Shown: positions 1 through 9,286, counted from the first letter of the stretch. The stretch: 20,000 nt of DNA from an uncultured virus (IMG/VR IMGVR_UViG_3300036770_004343) (IMGVR_UViG_3300036770_004343:55647-75646); one strand, 5' to 3'. Numbers and translations: made by a program. The notes: generated by a model from the letters alone, not told the origin.

Positions 1-231
1 ATACCTTGTATTGGATATAAAGGATTAGATACACAAGAAACTTTGCATCCTGAATTGACTGTGAACATAGGTGAGATTGATAAGGCAAATGAATTATCAA
101 TTAAATTAAGAGACGATAAATCTTTTTATAATCACTGTTCCACATCATCTAAAGAATTATATCAAATATATTATACAGAAGAAAAATGGTTACAAAATTG
201 GAATACAATCTATGAGCAAATTAAAGACTAA
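1..231 (+). CDS. C-terminal fragment of a probable GT-B (group 1-like) glycosyltransferase; 5' end lies outside the window
   Basis: Frame 1 is open from base 1 (IPCIGYKGLDTQETLHPELTVNIGEIDKANELSIKLRDDKSFY...). 'IPCIG' followed by helices resembles the GT-B C-terminal 'G.PVI' region. It overlaps the next gene of the glycan cluster. Confidence 0.5.
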   Translation: MPCIGYKGLDTQETLHPELTVNIGEIDKANELSIKLRDDKSFYNHCSTSSKELYQIYYTEEKWLQNWNTIYEQIKD

Positions 232-1015
232 AATTGGTATCGTGGGAAATGGTTATGTAGGCAAAGCGTTCTACAATTTTTTTAAGAACCACTATGAGGT
301 TTTTATATATGATCCAGCGTATGATTTATCAAACACTAAAGATGACATTAATAAGTGTGATTTAGCCGTAGTTTGCGTTCCAACCCCAGAAAATGAGGAT
401 GGCAGCTGCAATACTACTATCGTTGAAGAAAGTATAAACTGGATTCAAACGCCTTTAATTCTTTTAAAATCAACCGTCGAAGTTGGTACAACTGATAGAT
501 TGATTGAAAAATTCAAAAAGAATATCGTGTTTAGTCCTGAATTCGCAGGTGAATCCAAACACTGGACCCCAGAAGCTTTCACTAATGATGTTAAACAAAC
601 ACCTTTCTTTATTTTTGGTGGTAAAAAAGAACTTTGTTATAAAATAATTGAAATTTATACGCCAATTACTGGTCCAAGTAAAACCTACAGAGTCACCGAT
701 CCTATAAATGCTGAATTGGCAAAATATATGGTAAATACACATTTGGCTCTAAAGGTTGCTTATTGTAATGAAATGTACGATTTGTGTAACAAACTTGGTA
801 CGAATTACTATGAAGTTAGAGATTTATGGCTGTTAGATCCACGTACAACCAAGTCACATACAGCAGTATTTACTGGAGAACGTGGATTTGGCGGTAAGTG
901 TTTTCCTAAAGACACAAAAGCACTTGCTAAACTAGGAGATAAAGTTGGAATGGACTTATCTATATTAAAAGCTGCGATTGTAAGTAATGATAAAATGTTG
1001 AAATTAAATGAATAA
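212..1015 (+). CDS. ugd: UDP-glucose/GDP-mannose 6-dehydrogenase family protein, short form lacking the C-terminal domain
   Basis: Motifs GNGYVG (Rossmann), VCVPTP, KSTV..GT, SPEF, AELAKYMVN..LALKVAYCNE, DPR and catalytic GFGGKCFPKD; only 267 aa. Confidence 0.85.
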   Translation: MSKLKTKIGIVGNGYVGKAFYNFFKNHYEVFIYDPAYDLSNTKDDINKCDLAVVCVPTPENEDGSCNTTIVEESINWIQTPLILLKSTVEVGTTDRLIEKFKKNIVFSPEFAGESKHWTPEAFTNDVKQTPFFIFGGKKELCYKIIEIYTPITGPSKTYRVTDPINAELAKYMVNTHLALKVAYCNEMYDLCNKLGTNYYEVRDLWLLDPRTTKSHTAVFTGERGFGGKCFPKDTKALAKLGDKVGMDLSILKAAIVSNDKMLKLNE

Positions 1016-1766
1016 AAATTGCATCATTATATTTGCCATTGACGATGGTAAATCCAAATTTAATCATAGTGGATATTACAATATAACCAAACAAGCTTGG
1101 GAATCATACTGTCGTAAACACAATATTGATTTTATATTTGTTGACAAATTAACAGATAATATCCCACATCCAAAATGGAATAAACATTGCGTTTTTGACT
1201 ATGTAGAAGGATATGAAAAGATTGGTATGATGGATTTTGATACAATGCCTAATTGGTCTGCTCCAAATTTTTTCGATCAATATACCAACGAATTTTGTGG
1301 AGTCATAGATAATGAATCTATTAATTGGTTAGACAATAGTATTAATGCTTATAGAAAATCTTTTAAAGAGTTAGATGTTCCAATATCTTTATGTCAATAC
1401 ATTAATAGTGGCGTTTTATTCTTTACAAAAGATCACAAGTATGTGTTTGAAGAAGTATTAAAGTTCTATAAAAATAACAAACAATCATTAGACAACTGGA
1501 ATGTACCAAATACAGGTCGTGACCAAACAGTTTTAAACTTAATGATTAACAAGTTGAATGTACAAAAGAAATATCTAGACTTTAGGTTCAATACAATGCG
1601 GTTAATTAAAAACGATTGGTTGCAGTATAATTGGCAACTAAATGAAGATAACACTCCGTTTTTTATTAAATATTCTCATATATGGCATTTTACAGGATGT
1701 AGTATCGATGAAAGAAACGGTTTAATTAATCAAATCTGGAACCAAACCAAACAATTTTACAAATGA
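1008..1766 (+). CDS. GT-A glycosyltransferase, GT8-like
   Basis: DFD (DxD), YINSGVLFF, DQTVLN and HFTG are the GT8-type motif series. Confidence 0.8.
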   Translation: MNKNCIIIFAIDDGKSKFNHSGYYNITKQAWESYCRKHNIDFIFVDKLTDNIPHPKWNKHCVFDYVEGYEKIGMMDFDTMPNWSAPNFFDQYTNEFCGVIDNESINWLDNSINAYRKSFKELDVPISLCQYINSGVLFFTKDHKYVFEEVLKFYKNNKQSLDNWNVPNTGRDQTVLNLMINKLNVQKKYLDFRFNTMRLIKNDWLQYNWQLNEDNTPFFIKYSHIWHFTGCSIDERNGLINQIWNQTKQFYK

Positions 1767-2518
1767 ATGTAGTTTATATAATCAATATTGCAACTGATAG
1801 GAAGCCAGGTAGAACAGTACCATATAAATTTGGAATTGAGTCTTGGAAACATTACTGTAATAAACATAATGCTAAATTGGTTGTGTTGGAAGAACCTATT
1901 CTTCCATATGATGACTTACGCCCCAATTGGCACAAAGTGTTTATCTTTGATTTATTAGAACAATCAAATATTGATGTAGATAAGATTTTAATTGTTGACG
2001 CTGATACTATTGTACATCCGGACGCACCAAATTTCTTTGATGTAGCTGAAGACAAGTTTTGTGTGGTTAATAATATAGGATCTTATGATTGGTTGTTTAG
2101 AAGTATAGAAAATTACAAAAAATATATTTTCAATAACTACAATTTTGACGTAACCAAATACTTCAATTCAGGAGTGTTAATATTAAATAAAACTCACAAA
2201 GAGTTCTTCAATAAAGTCAAAGATTTCTACTTTGCAAATAAAGAAAATTTGGTTAAAATGCAAGAAACGTTTTTTACAGGCACAGATCAACCTGTATTAA
2301 ATTTTATGTGTCAGATTGAAAACATCGATATGAAGTTCTTGCCATACGAATTCAATATGCAAGATTTACATCGTAGAGAAGCATTGAATGAAAATATGCC
2401 TTATTTAAATATGGGATACATATTTCACTTCAACGCTATTCCCAATAACGGAGATAATTCCAAAACAATGTATTGGATGGAAACGACTTATAATAAATTA
2501 TATGGTACAAATCAGTGA
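1763..2518 (+). CDS. GT-A glycosyltransferase, GT8-like (paralogue of 1008-1766)
   Basis: DAD, YFNSGVLIL, DQPVLN and HFNA. Shares W..YC.KHN, P.W.K and APNFFD with the upstream gene. ATGA overlap. Confidence 0.8.
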   Translation: MNVVYIINIATDRKPGRTVPYKFGIESWKHYCNKHNAKLVVLEEPILPYDDLRPNWHKVFIFDLLEQSNIDVDKILIVDADTIVHPDAPNFFDVAEDKFCVVNNIGSYDWLFRSIENYKKYIFNNYNFDVTKYFNSGVLILNKTHKEFFNKVKDFYFANKENLVKMQETFFTGTDQPVLNFMCQIENIDMKFLPYEFNMQDLHRREALNENMPYLNMGYIFHFNAIPNNGDNSKTMYWMETTYNKLYGTNQ

Positions 2519-3059
2519 AAAATATCCCACGCTCATTAAAGGTTCAATTGGAGAACAAGCTGTAGATTTAATAAGATTTTTATTACCAGAGGGATCTTCT
2601 ATTTTGGAATTTGGTTGTGGTGTTACTACTAAGTTGTTATTGACTTGGTATAATGTATATTCAATTGAACATAATATGCAGTGGTTAAATCACCCAAATG
2701 CATATCACGTTCCATTGAAAGAATACAATAATACCGATTTTAAAGCACCCAACGATATATCATGCCTTCCGTTTTATGAAAAACAAGTTGCTTGGTACGA
2801 TCCAAATAAACTATCTGAAGTATTAAAATTGGTACCAAAATATGATCTAATTATAATAGATGGACCAAACGGAAACTACGGTAGAGGTGGCTTTTATACA
2901 CATCTAGATTTGTTTGACACAAACGCTCATATGGTATTTCACGATCTAAATAGACAAGCCGAGATGGAGCTAATCAAAAAAGTATCTGAAAAGGTTGGCA
3001 GACCTGCTTTTGTTTTGGACAATGACGAAAAAACAGGAGTAATAAAATCACTTAATTAA
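2502..3059 (+). CDS. Class I SAM-dependent methyltransferase-like protein (probable glycan O-methyltransferase)
   Basis: ILEFGCGVTT (motif I), YSIEH and YDLIIIDGP; lies inside the glycan cluster. Confidence 0.7.
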   Translation: MVQISEKYPTLIKGSIGEQAVDLIRFLLPEGSSILEFGCGVTTKLLLTWYNVYSIEHNMQWLNHPNAYHVPLKEYNNTDFKAPNDISCLPFYEKQVAWYDPNKLSEVLKLVPKYDLIIIDGPNGNYGRGGFYTHLDLFDTNAHMVFHDLNRQAEMELIKKVSEKVGRPAFVLDNDEKTGVIKSLN

Positions 3060-3066
3060 AAAAAAT

Positions 3067-3095
3067 TTCAAGTCAATTCAAATAGTATCTATAAT
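3067..3095 (+). promoter_or_regulatory. Possible internal promoter for the dehydratase-led subcluster
   Basis: Only sizeable gap in the cluster (3060-3100). TATAAT at 3090-3095 with a weak TTCAAG 17 bp upstream, overlapping TATCTATA (3086-3093) 7 nt before the ATG. Confidence 0.35.
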
Positions 3096-3100
3096 AGAGT

Positions 3101-3964
3101 ATGAAAAAATATAACTTCACAAACAAATTATTCTTAGTTACAGGTGGTAGTGGATTTCTAGGCAAACCACTCGTTAAAAGACTTTTGAACGACGGTGCAA
3201 AAGTTCGTGTTCTATCAAGAGACGAAGGTAAATTGATTGATCTTAAACAATCATTTCCATCCATAGAAATTCTCACGGGAGACGTTTCAGATCCATTTGA
3301 AGTACGTCAAGCTATGAAAGGAGTTAATGGTGTATTTCACTTAGCAGCATCAAAACACATTGGTATTGCTGAAAAGCAAGTTCGTGAATGTATCAAGTCC
3401 AATACATTAGGATCACTTTACATTTTAGAAGAATCGCTTAATTATGAATTGGAGTTTGTAATTGGTATCAGCACAGATAAAGCGGCTCAAGTAGCTGGTG
3501 TATATGGTGCTTCTAAATTACTAATGGAACGTTTATTTAAGCAGTTTGAACAGCTAAATCCAAATACAGACTATCGTATAGTTCGTTATGGCAACGTGTT
3601 GTATTCTACGGGATCAGTACTATGTAAGTGGAGAGACTTGATTAGCGAAGGTAAAGACTTGATTGTTACAGAACCAGAAGCTACCAGATTCTTTTGGACA
3701 GTTGATCAAGCAATTGATTTGATCTATAATTGCTTGGAAAATTGTGCCGATTCAACACCATACGTACCCACAATGAAAGGTATGAGTATAGGAAATCTAT
3801 TGGAAGCACTAATTCAAAAATATGCTCCGGCTGGATCTAAACCAAATGTTAAAGTTATCGGTTTACAACCAGGCGAAAATAAACACGAAAAGATTCTAGA
3901 AAATGGTCCTTATAGCAACGAAGTTGAACAATATACCATCGAAGAAATCAAAGATCTTATCTAA
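3101..3964 (+). CDS. UDP-N-acetylglucosamine 4,6-dehydratase-like SDR (PseB/FlaA1/CapD, Polysacc_synt_2 family)
   Basis: GGSGFLG, FHLAASKH, STDKA, YGASK, VRYGNVLYSTGSV, TRFF and GLQPGENKHE. Confidence 0.85.
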   Translation: MKKYNFTNKLFLVTGGSGFLGKPLVKRLLNDGAKVRVLSRDEGKLIDLKQSFPSIEILTGDVSDPFEVRQAMKGVNGVFHLAASKHIGIAEKQVRECIKSNTLGSLYILEESLNYELEFVIGISTDKAAQVAGVYGASKLLMERLFKQFEQLNPNTDYRIVRYGNVLYSTGSVLCKWRDLISEGKDLIVTEPEATRFFWTVDQAIDLIYNCLENCADSTPYVPTMKGMSIGNLLEALIQKYAPAGSKPNVKVIGLQPGENKHEKILENGPYSNEVEQYTIEEIKDLI

Positions 3965-4779
3965 TGAAAATATTGGTTATAGGCGGAAATAGATTCGTTG
4001 GTAAAAAAGTCGCATATGAACTAAGTCAATTAGCCAACGTTGCTGTTCTTAATAGATCAGGCACAGGTCCAAATAAAGTTAAAGTAATCAAGTGGGATCG
4101 TAATGAACCATTTAATATCGAAAATGATTACAACGTTATTCTGGACTTTTGTCTTTTTAAACCAGCTCAAGCTCAACATCTTGTAAATTGGTTGAAACCG
4201 AACCAAAAATACATATTTATAAGCAGCGGCGCCGCATATAAAGACGCAAACTGTCTATCATACAACGAAGAAATGTACATTGGTGGTCGATCTGGATTTG
4301 GTGATTATGGTGTAGAAAAAGCAGATTGTGAAAATATAGTCAAACAAATAGACACTAACTATATGATTATCAGACCACCATATATTGTTGGTCACGATTG
4401 TCCTAGACCAAGAATAAGTTACTATATCAGAAATATACTTAACAATAGACCTGTAGAAGTTGCTGGTACAGGAAATAAACTATTGAGTTTTATATGGGCA
4501 AATGATATTGTTAATACATTGGTGGATATGTCTACTACTAATCAATACAACACTAAAGATAGTTACAACATTGTAAACGAAGATGTTTACAGTGCCAGAA
4601 CACTCATCGAAGAAATAAGTTTGTTTTTAAATAAAAAGGCAAATATTATTGAAAATGGTACTAGTTCACCGTTTATAGACGAACATCTATTGTTGTCTCC
4701 TTTGAAATTAGGAAGGAAGTTTAGTAGTACAAAACAAAATCTACCTGAATTTTTCGATTATATCAAATCTACGTTATGA
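3964..4779 (+). CDS. NAD-dependent epimerase/dehydratase family protein (atypical SDR)
   Basis: GGNRFVG, YIFISSGAAY, YGVEK (YxxxK) and IIRPPYIVG. Confidence 0.75.
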   Translation: MKILVIGGNRFVGKKVAYELSQLANVAVLNRSGTGPNKVKVIKWDRNEPFNIENDYNVILDFCLFKPAQAQHLVNWLKPNQKYIFISSGAAYKDANCLSYNEEMYIGGRSGFGDYGVEKADCENIVKQIDTNYMIIRPPYIVGHDCPRPRISYYIRNILNNRPVEVAGTGNKLLSFIWANDIVNTLVDMSTTNQYNTKDSYNIVNEDVYSARTLIEEISLFLNKKANIIENGTSSPFIDEHLLLSPLKLGRKFSSTKQNLPEFFDYIKSTL

Positions 4780-5918
4780 ACAAATTATCAAGAACAAAGC
4801 CATATATTCCCAAAGAGGACCACAAAGAAATATTAGACAGAGTTGCGGATATTTTAAATACAGAATCGTTGGTTCAGTCCAAGTATGTTTCTGAGTTTGA
4901 GAATATGTTTGCAAAGTATTGTGGTACAAAATACGCAGTTGCAACTTGTTCAGGCGGCACTTGTTTGGAAGTAGCACTAAGAGCCTCTGGTTTGGTAGGT
5001 AAAAAAATAATTGTACCTACACAAACATTTATAGCAAGCGTTAGTGCAATAGTTCGTTCCAACAATATACCTCTAATTGTGGATATCGATGAAAATACAC
5101 ACTGTTTAAGTGCTGATGTAATTGAAAAGAATTTGGATAAAGATGTAGCGGGTGTAATGTTAGTACATATGGCTGGATATATTACTCCTGATTACTACAA
5201 CATTAAAAAACTATGTGATAAACACGGCCTTTTATTGTTTGAAGATGCTTCTCACGCAGTAGGGTCTACTATAGACGATCTTCATTCTGGAAATCTGGGA
5301 TATGCAGGATGTTTCTCCCTATTTGCTACGAAGATTATTACCACAGGTGAAGGTGGAATAATTACTACAAACGATGCAAAGTTTGCAGAAACTTGCAAAA
5401 CTTTGAGAAATCACGGGGCTGTTAGAAATCCAACACCAGTAAATGGAGTAGACTTTGGTGTGAGTTGTGAATTTATTTCTTCTAACTATAAAATGACAGA
5501 AATGGTTGCAGCTCTTGGTATTAGCCAACTAAAAAGAGCAAATGAATTTGTAGAGAAACGTAATGTTATAGCAAAAAGATATAAAGAAAAGATTACCAAT
5601 CCCAAAATCAAATTTATCGATGTTCCAAATAATATAGTTAATACTTGGTGGCACTACATTATAGAATTGCCAAAATCTACAACTTTAAATGAAAGATCAG
5701 AGATTTGTAAAAAACTATTTTTGGAATATAACATACCCACAGCAAATGCTTACTGGCCAGCTTGTCATCAACAAAAAGTATTTGAACCATATACTGTGAA
5801 TCAAACATATGAATCAGCAGATGGTTTGTTGTCTAGACATCTATCTATTCCTATGTACGTAGAAATGACGATGGATCAAGTTGATTATGTTTCGGATGTA
5901 ATTAACAAAATTGTATGA
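4776..5918 (+). CDS. DegT/DnrJ/EryC1/StrS PLP-dependent sugar aminotransferase
   Basis: FENMFAKYCGTKYAVATCSG, EDASHAVG, FSLFATKIITTGEGG (PLP lysine), NYKMTEMVAALG and LSIPMY. Confidence 0.92.
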   Translation: MNKLSRTKPYIPKEDHKEILDRVADILNTESLVQSKYVSEFENMFAKYCGTKYAVATCSGGTCLEVALRASGLVGKKIIVPTQTFIASVSAIVRSNNIPLIVDIDENTHCLSADVIEKNLDKDVAGVMLVHMAGYITPDYYNIKKLCDKHGLLLFEDASHAVGSTIDDLHSGNLGYAGCFSLFATKIITTGEGGIITTNDAKFAETCKTLRNHGAVRNPTPVNGVDFGVSCEFISSNYKMTEMVAALGISQLKRANEFVEKRNVIAKRYKEKITNPKIKFIDVPNNIVNTWWHYIIELPKSTTLNERSEICKKLFLEYNIPTANAYWPACHQQKVFEPYTVNQTYESADGLLSRHLSIPMYVEMTMDQVDYVSDVINKIV

Positions 5919-6604
5919 TTGTAAGTATTCATCAACCAAATTATTTGCCTTGGATGGGATTTTTTGATAAAATAGCTAGAAGCGACATCTTTGTTATTTT
6001 TGATAACGTACAGTTTCCGAGAGGTAAACAACATTTTGGACACAGAAATTTAATCAAGACTGATGGCGAACCAAAGTGGCTAACGGTACCATTAAATGGA
6101 AAAAGTGAACTCAAAAACTTTGATGAAATAGAAATCAATTATAATGGATGGAACGATAATCATCTAAACTTAATCAAAAATTTCTATAGAAAGTCAAAGT
6201 ACTTCAATGTATATTATGGCGATTTAGAGTCAATTCTCCGAGTCAACTATAAAACATTATCAGAATTAAACAGTGCTTTGATCAAATATTTCTTAAATGT
6301 AATGGAAATCAAAACACAAGTTGTATTTTGTTCTGAAATATGTCCCAAGGAAGTTTCTGGTGGGGATCGTATAATGTATTTATTGAAGAATTTAAATGCT
6401 ACAAAATATATTTCTGGTACTGGTCCAGGCTCAATGAGATATATAAATGAACAAGAGTTCAAAGATAATAATATAGAATTGATTTGGCAACATTATAATC
6501 ATCCAAAATATACACAATTATATGGTGACTTTAAGCCATATATGTGTATAATAGATTTATTGTTCAACGAAGGTACAAATAGTAAAAATATAATTTTAAG
6601 TTAA
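5915..6604 (+). CDS. wbqC: WbqC-like family protein
   Basis: N-terminal IHQPNYLPWMGFFDKI..SDIFVIFDNVQF, RNLIK, WLTVP and C-terminal YTQLYGDF.PYMCIIDLLFNEG. Confidence 0.9.
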   Translation: MIVSIHQPNYLPWMGFFDKIARSDIFVIFDNVQFPRGKQHFGHRNLIKTDGEPKWLTVPLNGKSELKNFDEIEINYNGWNDNHLNLIKNFYRKSKYFNVYYGDLESILRVNYKTLSELNSALIKYFLNVMEIKTQVVFCSEICPKEVSGGDRIMYLLKNLNATKYISGTGPGSMRYINEQEFKDNNIELIWQHYNHPKYTQLYGDFKPYMCIIDLLFNEGTNSKNIILS

Positions 6605-6605
6605 T

Positions 6606-7265
6606 ATGAAACGTGTAATGGCAATAGGAGCGCATCCTGATGATATTGAATTTGGTTGTGGTGGTACACTGTACAATCACAAATTAAAAGGAGATTACGT
6701 AGTATACGTATGTATGACCAACACAGAATCTGTGGACGGTACTAATGGAACGTTATTAAGAACCGCAGAAGAAAATAAACTGGAAACCATTAATGCATCT
6801 AAGGTGTTGCAATGCGACGATGTGGAGTTCTTACCGTTCAAAGACTTACACGTGCCTTTTAGTTTTGACTCGGTAAGTAAACTTGAAAGCTTGATTAAAA
6901 AGCACAAAGTAAATACAATTTATACACATTGGGCCGGAGATGCAAATCAAGACCATATTTCCACATTCAAGACTACGATGGCAGCCGCTCGATATGTTCC
7001 CAACGTATTATGTTATGAACAAATACCTATTTCCAGAATGACAGAGAATCAAATGGATATAAATTACTATGAAAATATAGATAACGCATTTGATAAGAAA
7101 ATTGAAGCTTCTATGTGTCATAGAAGTCAGATTTCAAAATATGAAAAAGTTGGATTAAATGTAAAATCTAACCTAGAAATACTAGCAAGATTTAGAGGTA
7201 TACAAGGTCAATGTAAATATGCAGAGGCTTTTAAGGTACTAAAAATGATAAACACAAACCTATGA
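6606..7265 (+). CDS. PIG-L/LmbE family N-deacetylase
   Basis: AIGAHPDDIEFGCGGT, R..E, NQDH, KIEASMCHRSQ and YAEAF. Confidence 0.88.
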   Translation: MKRVMAIGAHPDDIEFGCGGTLYNHKLKGDYVVYVCMTNTESVDGTNGTLLRTAEENKLETINASKVLQCDDVEFLPFKDLHVPFSFDSVSKLESLIKKHKVNTIYTHWAGDANQDHISTFKTTMAAARYVPNVLCYEQIPISRMTENQMDINYYENIDNAFDKKIEASMCHRSQISKYEKVGLNVKSNLEILARFRGIQGQCKYAEAFKVLKMINTNL

Positions 7266-8338
7266 ATATTGAATTTGACGTAACACTGCAGTGTAATTTT
7301 AGTTGTCCTAGTTGTAATAGACATAGTAATTTTAATGCATTAACAGATCCATTTGACAAAGATAATGCAGCTGGTCTTAATTACTATGAAAATACCAACG
7401 TAACAATGGATCACGTTGATAAATTGATATCCGATTGTAAAAGACAAGGTAAAATTGAAAGAATACATATCATTGGAGGCGAACCACTGACGCATCCAAA
7501 TATTTCTGATATAGTAGATAGACTACGTGATAATTTGTGGGGAGATCCAGTTCCAAACATTGTTATTATTTCAAATTTACACCCCAAAATGTTAAAGGCG
7601 GGTACTTTAGACACTCCAGATCGTGTTATCAAGTATTTCCCATTTGATAAAGTTGATAAGATTAAGTTATCATACATCGATCACATAAGTCCTATTTTCA
7701 AATCAATTGCACAATATCTAAATGATAGTCAAATCACAAAAGATCAATTGATTCCCAATCTGGATAAACTGGTATTTGAAATGCCAAATCAAGTATCACT
7801 GACAGAGTTACTATCAAAAGTAAACTTTTTCAGAGGCATACCAGTTACTAATTTCACCCCACTAGATGAAAAAGGAGAAATACATCGTTGTAGCTTAGTG
7901 GCTCCATATGATTCTGGTCAAGAAATGATTCCACAGTGCAATATTCCAAATAGATGTGGTGTGAATTATTCATTTGATGGATATTGGCCTTGTTCAAATG
8001 GATCTGCTATAGCGAGATTGTTCAAATTAAATGGATACAACCGTAAAGATTTGCCTGATGATTTTACAGATTGGTCCGGCGTAAATGAAAAAGGCAACGC
8101 TGAAATTAATAAAAAATCAGGAATGTGGGATATGTGTAAAATGTGTCAAGTAGCTGCTAAAAATAAATTAGCAGAAAAAGATCACGGACGACCAATCTCT
8201 ATTAGTTACAGAAAAGCACTGGGGTTGGAAAAATCAGATGAATCGTTATCAGAATATGTTATCGAAAAACATTCAAAGAGACTAGCAACTGCAGCTATTC
8301 TAAAAGAAGGTATTTGCGTAGACGATAAATGTACTTAA
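7262..8338 (+). CDS. Radical SAM protein with a Cys-rich C-terminal (SPASM/twitch-like) region
   Basis: CNFSCPSC (CxxxCxxC), IIGGEPLTHP, and later CNIPNRCG...GYWPC...MCKMC. Confidence 0.82.
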   Translation: MNIEFDVTLQCNFSCPSCNRHSNFNALTDPFDKDNAAGLNYYENTNVTMDHVDKLISDCKRQGKIERIHIIGGEPLTHPNISDIVDRLRDNLWGDPVPNIVIISNLHPKMLKAGTLDTPDRVIKYFPFDKVDKIKLSYIDHISPIFKSIAQYLNDSQITKDQLIPNLDKLVFEMPNQVSLTELLSKVNFFRGIPVTNFTPLDEKGEIHRCSLVAPYDSGQEMIPQCNIPNRCGVNYSFDGYWPCSNGSAIARLFKLNGYNRKDLPDDFTDWSGVNEKGNAEINKKSGMWDMCKMCQVAAKNKLAEKDHGRPISISYRKALGLEKSDESLSEYVIEKHSKRLATAAILKEGICVDDKCT

Positions 8339-8339
8339 T

Positions 8340-9284
8340 ATGATACTCAAAGTAAATCCAGAATTTGGCATTGAATTGGCACTAGCTATACCTTTTGCTT
8401 ATTGGTTACATCAAAACAAACAATTGGATGGTGTAGTTACTAGTAAAGGAATGAAACCATACTATTTCTTCTGTGACAATGTAAAAGAAGAATTTCTAAC
8501 CAGAACAATCGATAATGATCTGGCGTTAGCAGAAGTGCCAAATAAATGGATTCACCATAACTCACTAGCAGTTACAGGCAAAGAATATCACCATCTAACA
8601 ACTGAAGAACAAGAACAAGTTAATGGTGTGTTGGATTACACCAAGTGGTCTAGTCCTCCTTTTAAAGAATATTATCAAAACGACGAATATAAATTTGATA
8701 AACCCGTGGTATTTATCACAAACAAATATAATATGGAACACGGAGAAATTCCTCTGGGATATTTTAACATTCCTTGTTTATATGAAATGTTTGATTATTT
8801 TAAAGAAAAAGGATATCTTGTAATATACAAGAGGGCTACTAATAAAGAAAAAGAATTTACTATAGACCAAAACGAATACAATTCATTACAACAAGGTTAC
8901 CACGATATTAAAGCTAATGTAGAAGGAATTGGAACTATAACAGACTTTGAATTGTGCAAATATTTTGATAATGTAATTTTAATAGACGATTTGGTAAAAC
9001 AATCAAAGTATAGTTACAATGAAACCCAACTTAAATTAATGGCAAATTGCAGCAGATTTGTTACAGTTTGTGGCGGAAATTCAATATTATCTTCACTTTT
9101 TGGAGGCACGGTTATTAGTTATATACATAAGGGAAAAGAATTACGCCCTAATTACTTTGGGCCTAATAGTTATTTCCGTAAGCTTTCAAACGCTAACGTT
9201 ATTCCTGTAATAGACAAAAGTGTTGTAAAGACAGGAATCCACGATTATAGTGAATTGATACATCAAATAAAAATACAGTTTTAA
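8340..9284 (+). CDS. Hypothetical protein, possibly a GT-B-fold glycosyltransferase
   Basis: 314-aa ORF coupled to both neighbours. N-terminal EFGIELALAIP and C-terminal LMANCSRFVTVCGGNSILSSLFG loosely resemble GT9-like proteins; the function is inferred. Confidence 0.45.
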   Translation: MILKVNPEFGIELALAIPFAYWLHQNKQLDGVVTSKGMKPYYFFCDNVKEEFLTRTIDNDLALAEVPNKWIHHNSLAVTGKEYHHLTTEEQEQVNGVLDYTKWSSPPFKEYYQNDEYKFDKPVVFITNKYNMEHGEIPLGYFNIPCLYEMFDYFKEKGYLVIYKRATNKEKEFTIDQNEYNSLQQGYHDIKANVEGIGTITDFELCKYFDNVILIDDLVKQSKYSYNETQLKLMANCSRFVTVCGGNSILSSLFGGTVISYIHKGKELRPNYFGPNSYFRKLSNANVIPVIDKSVVKTGIHDYSELIHQIKIQF

Positions 9285-9286
9285 AT

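Noticed and set aside
3101..5918. Pseudaminic or legionaminic acid pathway (pseB/pseC)
   Set aside because: The acetyltransferase, hydrolase, synthase and CMP-transferase are not in the window, so those gene symbols were not assigned.
470..8823. Short ORFs nested in the glycan genes (470-742, 1466-1654, 1852-2055, 3073-3276, 4774-5065, 5319-5528, 5941-6462, 6695-6907, 7411-7677, 8623-8823)
   Set aside because: Antisense or off-frame shadows of well-supported genes, with no motifs.
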